Shown one piece after another: positions 54,331 through 64,000 of a stretch of 64,000 nucleotides of DNA. The notes under the pieces were generated by a model. That model worked only from the letters and a program-made list of their open reading frames with translations. It did no database searches and had not been told where the DNA came from. The number at the start of each line of letters is the position of its first letter. Within the stretch, counting starts at the first letter, position 1. This DNA comes from Octopus vulgaris (taxonomy: Eukaryota), in NCBI GenBank assembly GCA_951406725.2, contig OX597819.1, forward strand, positions 4,340,001-4,404,000, written 5' to 3'. Position numbers and translations under genes: made by a program.

Positions 54331-54437
54331 ATTGTTGTATTTCGGAATGGTCATGTTGCCAGTTTAGCCAATAAATATATAGTGCGTGTGTTTTTATTGG
54401 CTAAACTGGCAATATGACCATTCCGAAATATAACAAT
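54331..54437. repeat. 45-bp inverted repeat with a 17-nt loop
   Basis: Arms 54331-54375 and 54393-54437 differ at two positions, both G-U compatible on the plus strand. Confidence 0.95.
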
Positions 54438-54837
54438 ATATATATATATATACATACACATATATATTTGTGTGTGTGTTTATACATATACATACATACA
54501 TACATACATATATATACATATACAAATATATGTATATATGCATACATATGTGTGTGCGTGTGATTAACCGTCTCACGTATACACTCCCATGGTATGTTTG
54601 CACATTGCACTTGGAAGTTTTCTGTGCACTGGCATCACATGACACTGGCTACAATTTTCCTCCCGAATATTCTAAAATATTCTAATTTTACTGTATAAAC
54701 AAGATTTGCTTTCTGGCTTTTTTTTAAAACTTCTGAGGGTTTCGGCACGGAAGTCGTTTCGTTTGTCTAATTCCTGCAATGTTCTCATCAACTAAAAATC
54801 ATACGATATACTGTGCTGCCATGTTTATGCATGAAAA

Positions 54838-54931
<94 letters not shown>

Positions 54932-54976
54932 GCATACGTACATACATACATACATATATACATACATACATACATT

Positions 54977-55007
<31 letters not shown>

Positions 55008-55058
55008 GCATACGTACATACGTGTGTATACGTTTGGGTATATGTATGGGTATTATTA

Positions 55059-55275
55059 TTAGGAGAGCTGGCAGAATCGTTAGCAGACCGGGCGAAATGC
55101 TTAGCGGTATTTCGTCTGCCGTTACGTTCTGAGTTCAAATTCCGCCGAGGTCGACTTTGCTTTTCTTCTTTTCGGGGTCTATAAATTAAGTACCAACCAA
55201 GTACTGCGGTCGATATCATCGATTATCACCCTCCCCACGAAAATCCGGGCCTTGTGCTTATAGTAGAAATGATTA
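55059..55275 (+). mobile_element. SINE B
   Basis: GAGCTGGCAGAATCGTTAGCAGACCGGGCGAAATGCTTAGCGG. Confidence 0.9.
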
Positions 55276-55279
55276 TTAG

Positions 55280-58053
55280 TGGATTATAAGTAGAAGTGTC
55301 ACTCTTGGGGTAGAAGCTCCGTGCATTGTCAACACGTTTCTTGACTTCGTATCCATGTTCATCAGTTCTTTCTTTTGCCATTTTATGATTCCAGCTCCAT
55401 ATCGAAGCGATGCCATCATCTATGTATTAACTGCTTGGGGTTTATTCCATCCGGTCACTCTTGAACGCAACACCAATCTTAACTTTCGGAAATATTCCAT
55501 CCTCGGTTGCTTTTTCATTTCCTTCTCCATTATTTCGATGAACTCTGGTATGCCAAGGTATTTGTAGCCTTCCTTTTAAATTTGCTTAATCAGTTCTCTA
55601 TTAAGTAATTCTATTCCTGCTAGGGACTGTACCCTGCCTCATTTCGGGTACATTATACCACACCTCTTTTGACCAAATTCCATTCTAATATCAGCTCTAA
55701 AACAGTGGATCGTGTTCACCAAAGAACGCATTCTTGCCTTATCCTTACCATAAAGCTTCAAATCATCCATGAAGAGGAGGTGGTTGATCGTTTGCGATAT
55801 TTCCCTTTAGCTGGTATCCCAGGTTCATTTCCCGAAGTACCAAGGTCAGAAGGGTCATGCAGAGAACAAAAAAACAACGGAGGTAAGCTACCACCCTGGA
55901 AAATCCCTCTTCTGACTCCCAGGGTGCCCAAGCTTTTCCGTAGGATGTCAATTCAGTTTTCCACCGCACCATACTTCTCTTCAGAAAGCACTTTGCATTC
56001 CTCACAATTCCAAACAAATCTAAGCACTCGGTGATCCACAGATGTGGAATCGTATCATAAGCTTTGCGATAGTCAATCCCAGCCATTCCCAAATCTGTTC
56101 TCCTTGCATTACCATTTTATCTGTTAATAATTGGTCTTTGGTTTCTCTGCATCTCCTCCTACAACCTTCTTGTTCTATCGGTAACGTATCGTTCTCATCA
56201 AGAAATATTCACTGTTCTTCTCCAATTCCTCCTGGCAGTAACTTGCACGTTAATGGAAGGCAAGAAATTGGCCTGTAATTGTCGGTAGCATTTCATTTTG
56301 ATGCATCCTTCAGACACAACACCGTTCGTCCTTTTTATCAATTAACCCGCGAATTTTTCTTCTCCATGGATCACTGCTTTATGATCAATTAATGGCACAG
56401 ACTGAACTTTTTTTATCCAAAATCTTTGTACACCATCAGGTCCTGCTGCTTTTCGATTACATTATCTTTTTTACTCATAGTTCTGATACTGTCTTCTGCG
56501 AAGTGGATAGCCACTTGCTGGAGATAAGAAGCTGTTTTCTTCGGGTTGTAGAGCCATTCAGCTGCAGTATTATGTTGTTTTTGCATATTCCATATCTTAC
56601 CCCAGAACTGTCAGGAACTAATCTTTCATGTTCTATGCCATCATTAATTTATTGATAAAATCTTTTTTGGTCGGTTCTAAACAAGTGGTTTTACCAGTAT
56701 TGTTTAATTCGTTGTTTAAACCTAGTTAGCTTTGCTTGTTTTGCAAGTATGCGCTGCTCCAGTTCTTCAATTACAACATTCAGACTTTTTGTATCTACAC
56801 CATACTTCTTCCTCACTTTTTCAAATTTGCAATCATTCTTCAATTCTCCATTTTCTTTTCCTGACAAGTATTGACACTAAACTGTTCAGGGAGTTTCCCT
56901 TCTGAAATTCTCCCTTTCCAACGAGGTTGTTTATTTCCTCTTCTATCCGTCGATATTCTGTTCTCAATGCTTCTCAATCTCATCCTTTCCGTCACAATCC
57001 TACTCGCAACTTTAATGAGATTATTTGTTTGCATGATGTTCTTTGTTTCAATGTGTCTCAATACATTATTGACTTTACTTCTTTCTTGATTTAATCTCCA
57101 TTGGCAAACCTTCTTAAAGGCAAACGTAAATTCTGTCCCTTCTGTATTTCATAGATAAAAAAATCCTGTTTGTTATTGATTGGTCTTCTTTATTTAAGAA
57201 GTCACTGACTTCGATTCTTTCGCGATTCACAGTAGTATATTCTTGCGAACGATTGTCCATCTCTCCCACTATAGCACCTTCGTTTCTCGTAAACCTAGTA
57301 TCACCTGGTATCCTCCTTTGAATAGCTTCCAGCTCCAATTGTGTTAACCCTCCATTCTTTCTTATTGCTCATGCTTGGTCACATAATCTCTGTTCAGTAA
57401 TTTCAAACAGCTCCATTACCTTCAATTCTCTGTGAATTTGTTTTCTGTACCCTCTGACAGGCACGCCATTTGCATCCACAGGAATGCCCCGATAGTAACA
57501 CTTCATAACCATCATATTTACTTGTTTACTCCACTTGTGTCTCATAGCATGGCTCGCAGTGGCTGGATGACAACCAAGCCCACTCTGCTGCACAGTAGGA
57601 CATCTGCCGGGGGCGGTATCTTCACCGTTAGTTCTAGTTCCGTTCACACCGTCATCGTTAGCTATTTTGCTTGGCATTTTCACTCACAAATAAGGTGTGT
57701 ATTTAAGTTACCACCAACCGGTATTTTTATCGAGACACCCTCTCTATCAAGGTTGCCCGCCAAGGCCGCAGAGGCTTTGATCCCCTGGTTTTGAACTCAG
57801 AGTAGTCCTTCTTCTTGGCTGCTTGCCATCCACTGCTAACGAGTACAGCCTACCCAGAGCACTGACCATTTGAAGGCACCAGATACTCGCCTTTTTACTT
57901 CCTTCTCCTGCTAGTTCAGTAAAGGATTCGGACTTGACTGTGGGGCTGTCTTGCGCACGCCATTGGGGCATTTTATAAGTGAAGAGCGCTCAAATTCCTT
58001 AACCATCCCGGCATTGACAGATACAAGATTCCCCCTATCTTTCACTGCACCAG
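55280..58053 (-). mobile_element. R4/Dong-clade non-LTR retrotransposon, 5'-complete, 3' lost, pseudogenised
   Basis: N-terminal RHKWSKQVN...CYY...GYRKQI...TEQRLCDQ; RT motifs NYRPISCLP, IDYRKAYDTIPH, RGIFQG, HLLFMDDLKLY; abuts (TAA)n at 58068-58121, the known Dong target. Confidence 0.85.
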
Positions 58054-58067
58054 AATAATGATAATAA

Positions 58068-58122
<55 letters not shown>

Positions 58123-58301
58123 GTCCACAGCTCATGTTACAATTGTAGGAATGCCGTCATGACATACGACGTTTGTTGAACATTTGATTTTGCATATAAC
58201 AACCCATTTCAGATCTGACCATAGCCTCTCCCCAATGTCTAATGACGTGGCTAATTCACCTTCTATATGAGTGTGTATTTGATACGCACGCACGCACACA
58301 C

Positions 58302-58366
<65 letters not shown>

Positions 58367-58527
58367 CACACCAAAGTATGTGCCTAGTAAGTACGTGAAT
58401 ATTTTGGAATTCAAAATTTTAGAATTCAGAAAATGCATTTGTTTAATTTGGGGCGTCTGGAGATCTTATGGATTCAAGTAACTAACACATGGAACTCGGA
58501 GTAACCTCTACTCCAGAACTGTGGACG

Positions 58528-58558
<31 letters not shown>

Positions 58559-58560
58559 TG

Positions 58561-58797
58561 TAAATGTAATATTTGACAATTATTCGGTAGCCATGATAAA
58601 ACTCCGAGTTTCGGGAGTCGGATGGGGGGGAATCCACGCCGCCATCTCTTCAGTTATCCGCCCATCGGATAACTATTTTCATAGCATTTTTTCCGTTGGC
58701 CGGATAACGGAAGAGGTAATGGCGTGGATTTCCACCCCGACATCCGAAACTCGGAGTTTTATCATGGCTACCGAATAATTGCCAAATATTACATTTA
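58561..58797. mobile_element. Foldback element (~110-bp arms) carrying two opposite-strand hammerhead motifs, embedded in (TA)n
   Basis: Arms are reverse complements; hammerhead cores at 58595-58658 (-) and 58703-58763 (+). Confidence 0.8.
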
Positions 58798-58882
58798 TAG
58801 ATAAATTCGTCTATTTACATAATATCGAGGTCTCTTTCATTCTTTTGTTGTCTTACCATTTCTAGCAATATATATATATATA

Positions 58883-59086
58883 TACTCTTTTACACTTTTA
58901 CTTTTTTCAGTCATTTCACTGCGGCCATGCTGGAGCTTCGCCTTTCGTCGATCAAATCGACCCCAGGACTTATTCTTTGTAAGCCAAGTACTTATTCTAT
59001 CGGACTATTTTACCGAACCGCTAAGTTGCGGGGACGTAAACACACCAGCATCGGTTGTCAAGCGATGTGGGTGGAGACAAACACAG

Positions 59087-59165
<79 letters not shown>

Positions 59166-59330
59166 AATATACGACGGGCTTCTTTTAGTTTCCGTCAACA
59201 AAATCCACTCACAAGGCTTTGATCGGCCCGAGGCTATAGTAGTAGACAGTTGCCCAAGGTGCCACGCAGTGGGACTGAACCCGGAACCATATGTTTGGTA
59301 AGCAAGATACTTACCACATAGCCATTCCTA
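58883..59330 (-). mobile_element. SINE A, full length
   Basis: Colinear with 9974-10386. Confidence 0.9.
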
Positions 59331-59922
59331 TACACACACACATATATATAAAGAGCGGAAGAGAGAGACATGGAGAGATATAGAGAAAGTGAGAGAGTAG
59401 TTAGGTAGATATGTAGTGGGAATATATTGTCAGTGCAAGGTGTTGATGTGACTGCGTGTATGTTATTACAATAATTCATAAAAAGATGAAGAATAAATTC
59501 AAGACTTATATATTTACTACAGAAGAATATATTTTATTTACTGGTCGATGATGATACATAGAATCAAAATGTAGAACAGTTGAATGAAGCGATCTATGCA
59601 AGAAAGTTCAATATAGAAAATGTAGAAATAACAGCAGTTTTCAGTCATGTGGCGTAGAGAAATAGACGGACATAGCAATGACGTGAATGGCTCTAAATCT
59701 AATCGACTAAGAAGCGAAGAGCAGGGTTATCAAGCTGCATTTATTAATGGAACGCTTGACATTCTAGAAACTTCCAAGAGAAACGCTAAGCTTCTTGAAT
59801 AATTTAGAATCACGTCTCATGACACGGATACTTCGAGAAACTTTGTAAAGGTAGGTTAATCTATAATCTTTCTTGCGAGGGAGATCACTCAACTATTTAG
59901 CTACATAGACCACTACAGATAA

Positions 59923-59976
<54 letters not shown>

Positions 59977-60230
59977 CGATAGATAGATAGATAGGCAGGT
60001 AAGTGGGTAGGTAGGTAGGCAGGTAGGTAGGTAGGTAAGTAGGCAGGTAGGTAGGTAGGCAGGTAGGTAGGTAGGTAGGCAGGCAGGTAGGTAGGTAGGT
60101 AGGTAGGTACGTAGGTAGGTAGGTAGGTAGGTAGGTAGGTAGATCAAGATCACTTCAACTTCTACAATATCATGTTCTAGTCAAGGCTAATGCCACTTTT
60201 AGTCAGCTCTTTTATATATATATATGTAAA

Positions 60231-60605
60231 GGCGCAGGAGTGGCTGTGTGGTAAGTAGCTTGCTAACCAACCACACGGTTGCTGGTTCAGTCCCACTGCG
60301 TGGCATCTTGGGCAAGTGTCTTCTGCTATAGCCCCGGGCCGACCAATGCCTTGTGAGTGGATTTGGTAGACGGAAACTGAAAGAAGCCTGTCGTATATAT
60401 GTATATATATATGTATATGTGTGTGTGTTTGTGTGTCTGTGTTTGTCCCCCTAGCATTGCTTGACAACCGATGCTGGTGTGTTTACGTCCCCGTCACTTA
60501 GCGGTTCGGCAAAAAGAGACCGATAGAATAAGTACTAAAAGGTGGTGCTCCAGCATGGCCGCAGTCAAATGACTGAAACAAGTAAAAGAGTAAAAGAGTA
60601 AGAGT
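60231..60605 (+). mobile_element. SINE A, small internal deletion
   Basis: Head nearly identical to 1556; (AAAAGAGT)n tail. Confidence 0.9.
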
Positions 60606-60646
60606 ATATATATATATACTCACGATAACGAAGTAAAGGGTTCTAG

Positions 60647-60749
60647 AGTCATTTCAGGGTTGTCTCTCTTGCGGATATACGGTGCTGATGATAACCAAGA
60701 AGCTAGAAATACATTCAGCGCTCCCACTAGAGAGCGCCTTGAAATGACT
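60647..60749 (+). ncRNA. Hammerhead-like motif within an extended hairpin
   Basis: CGGTG-CTGATGA-TAAC(CAAGAA)GCTA-GAA-ATACAT-T-CAGCG; outer pairing AGTCATTTCAGGG/CCTTGAAATGACT; single mismatches in stems I, II and III. Confidence 0.55.
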
Positions 60750-60919
60750 GTTGGAGTTTTTAATACCTATAGACTAGAGCAAGAATTGTTCTTCGAGGCA
60801 AACACCAGTGAAAACGGTCATTGTACAGGTCATATTTGAACTGATCAAAATGCTTGCCTACTTACACACCGCTTGCATGTACCTACTACAATATACAGAG
60901 GCATCTTTCATTAGTTTCA

Positions 60920-60975
<56 letters not shown>

Positions 60976-61078
60976 AAGTTAATCCAAACATGAAAACACC
61001 AAGAGAAAACACAACAACGCGGGGACGTGGAACAAGTATAGTATTATTGGGCGCTCAGGAAAGGAAAGAAAGAAGGAG

Positions 61079-61114
61079 GTTTTATCGTTTCGAGCGGAGC
61101 TCTTCGTCAGAAAC
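61079..61114 (-). ncRNA. Minimal hammerhead motif in a ~205-bp element (60980-61186) inserted in (TA)n
   Basis: GTTT-CTGACGA-A-GAGC(TCC)GCTC-GAAAC-GA-TA-AAAC. Confidence 0.65.
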
Positions 61115-62044
61115 ATAGGTAAAGGAAAGATCGAAGGAAGGGAAGACGGAGGGAAAAAATCGCCAACGGTACACACGCGGTCACATTTATATATATATAT
61201 ATGGCTGAAACGTATGAAAGATGCACATACATACATACACACACGCATACACACACACATGTATAAATACAAAACTTCAGCAATACCCATTCCACTCTAT
61301 ATAACCATGCACACAAATATTTGTGTTCGCATGAGCACAACTGTGCGTGTACATATACATACATATGTTACAACCGGCCTTTATAATTTACATAGATATC
61401 AGAAAAAATGTCCATTGAAGCATGTACATTGCAATTCGGCAAGAAACCTTTCCACCGATTAAAATAGCTTCTCTGTAAAGCCAAGTAAGATATTTAAGTG
61501 TCATAAAACGAGAAACTAATCTCGTAAAGCTATGCTTGCTGAGGAATAAGCTGCCGGCTTACACTTTAGTATTTTCTTTCTTTTATTACTCTGTTTCATT
61601 GAATACTTTGTTCAAATATTATTTACTTTGGAAATTTTCCAAAAAAATATTTCTTCTCTGTTTACATATATATATTGGTGGATGCATAAATCATACGATA
61701 TCTTTTATAGAATATCCTACCGGCTTCACCAAAAGAACCTCATTTCTCTCTGTAGAGACGTTTTCTTGTAAGCTTTCATAATTTTCTTTTTTTAAAATAG
61801 AGTTATAAAAGTGTTCTTCCATTTCAAAGATATTGTAAAAGTGACTTCATTTCTCGCACAAAATATGTAATATATTTGAATTTTTTTTTTTTTTGTTTGA
61901 ATTTTGAAAAAGTTGATTTCAGAATGTATGTGTGTGTGTGTGTGAATGTTCATACGTACGTGAGGATGTCTACGTGTGCCTTTACATAAATACATATATA
62001 CATATATATGTGTTTGTGTGTATGTGTATGTATATATATATATA

Positions 62045-62593
<549 letters not shown>

Positions 62594-62639
62594 CAAGTCA
62601 AAAATAGAAAATGCTAAGATAATTTTATAGTGAATCTTT

Positions 62640-62677
62640 CAGTACCGGTTTCGGTCATTTTGAGACCTTTTCAACTG
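62640..62677 (-). ncRNA. Minimal hammerhead ribozyme, U3-A8 compensatory variant
   Basis: CAG-TTGAAAA-GGTC(TCAAAAT)GACC-GAA-ACCGGT-A-CTG; palindromic stem III, GUA site. Confidence 0.75.
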
Positions 62678-63334
62678 TAACGATTAAATAATTAAATTTA
62701 GAAAAATTAGAAGAAAAGTTTTTTTAAAAGAATATTTCTGTAGTAGTGTTCAGATATAAGTAGCATTCTGCCTTTCTCTGACTCCCTTGTTTGCACTTGT
62801 GTGTTCGAGGTCGTTTTGAGTTCTTGGTAGGATAGGTGAAGAATAAGGAGGCTGATGTGGAGAGGGGGTGGGGAAATCTGGGAATGCCTTAATGGTCGTA
62901 TTTTGAATGGTCAGTGGCTGACAGTAGTCGCAGTTCAATTCAGGAATTGTTTATGGAATTTGCGTAGGCGTTATACTGAAAGACATTAGTGACAAGGTTA
63001 AGGGGTGGAAGGTGGAGAAGTAGAAGAAGAAGAAGAAGATGACGATGTTGATGATGATGATGATGATGAAGAAGAAGAAGAAGAAGAAGAAGAAGAAGAA
63101 GAAGAAGAAGGAGAAGGAGAAGATGGTGGTGATGATGGTGGTGATGATGATGACGACGATGATGATGATAATGATGATGATGAAGAAGAAGAGGAAGAAG
63201 AAGAAGAAAAAAACAGAGAAGGGAGAATATGAATGGGTGAAAGTATAGCTGTGATGGGGCTGATTAGTAATGGATTCTATGGAGTGTAATATTTGTGTGT
63301 GTATATATTTCTTTTATTCTAAAGTTGAGGTATA

Positions 63335-64000
63335 TTAATTGTTTGTCGTAGACCCGTTAAGAAGTGGCTTGTATTTTGTAATAAAGAGATTTTCTTTACT
63401 TATTCGTTGTCTCGAGGTTGTATCGTCCCTAAATTGGTAGAGGGGGAAAATCCTGAAGTTTGGTGTTTTTTTGTTGGCGCAAGTATCTATGTGTTGGCTA
63501 AAAGCTATTTTTCTGTTTTGGGGAATTTTTATCTGGGATCTGTGCAGGGCCATTCGTTTACGCAAACCATTTTTTGTTTGGCCTATGTACTGCTCTTGAC
63601 ACCCGGAGCAGGTTAGTGAGTATATTAGGTTCTCCGAAGCACATGTGAAGTTGCTTTTCACTGTAAACCGTTGTCCCTGTTTGAAGGAGAACTCTGATCC
63701 CTCAATTAGATAGTCGCATATCCCGCAATTGGGTCTTCCACATTTTTTTACTGTCGGCTTCTGTGTTGAAGAGTGAATTCGGGCTTGTGTTAGGAGACTT
63801 TTCATGGATCTAGGCTGTCTTTTGCTTTTTATGATCGTGTGTGTTTGGAGGATTGTGTTCATTCTGTGGTCTTTTTTTAGGAGGGGTATGTTGTGGAGGA
63901 TGGTGTCGAAGGCTTCGTTATTGAGAGGGTTGTGTGTGGAGATGTATGGTAAGGCTTTTGGTTGTAAGTTTTTCTTTGATTTGGGATGTCTCAGTTCCTT
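63335..64000 (-). CDS. PLE ORF C-terminus: CxxxxCxxC linker plus GIY-YIG endonuclease
   Basis: CGRPNCGIC...NLIYSLTCSGCQEQYIGQT...LRKRMALHR...SKENLFI...PLLN; the frame stays open 46 codons upstream of the listed Met to the window edge (KELRHPKS...LPYISTHNP). Confidence 0.92.
   Translation of the reverse strand, partial: KELRHPKSKKNLQPKALPYISTHNPLNNEAFDTILHNIPLLKKDHRMNTILQTHTIIKSKRQPRSMKSLLTQARIHSSTQKPTVKKCGRPNCGICDYLIEGSEFSFKQGQRFTVKSNFTCASENLIYSLTCSGCQEQYIGQTKNGLRKRMALHRSQIKIPQNRKIAFSQHIDTCANKKTPNFRIFPLYQFRDDTTSRQRISKENLFITKYKPLLNGSTTNN

Noticed and set aside
63005-63248. Acidic D/E-rich ORF
   Set aside because: (GAA)/(GAT) microsatellite in the PLE 3' region, antisense to the element

Overview
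AT-rich eukaryotic window dominated by repeats, most likely intronic or intergenic. The SINE families and microsatellite style suggest an octopus or other coleoid cephalopod (inference from memory, not a database search). No host protein-coding gene can be called with confidence, and almost all listed ORFs are microsatellite or antisense artefacts. Recognisable content: about 35 tRNA-derived SINE copies (3-4 families), two non-autonomous Helitrons, a Chapaev3 relic plus an intact Chapaev3 MITE, mariner relics and MITEs, a piggyBac-type MITE, CR1 and RTE fragments, a 5'-complete R4/Dong LINE next to (TAA)n, and a Penelope-like element (PLE) whose GIY-YIG ORF is open to the window edge. The strongest hidden signal is a dispersed set of minimal type I hammerhead ribozyme motifs in short, mutually dissimilar elements that mostly sit in or beside (TA)n tracts. 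These include one fully canonical motif (49273-49355), a U3-A8 compensatory variant at the PLE 3' end (62640-62677), and a ~237-nt rod-like foldback with one hammerhead on each strand (58561-58797). Also notable are a long-TIR element carrying internal (TTAGGG)n and several near-perfect palindromes. All structures were paired by eye, and repeat boundaries are approximate unless exact motifs are quoted.
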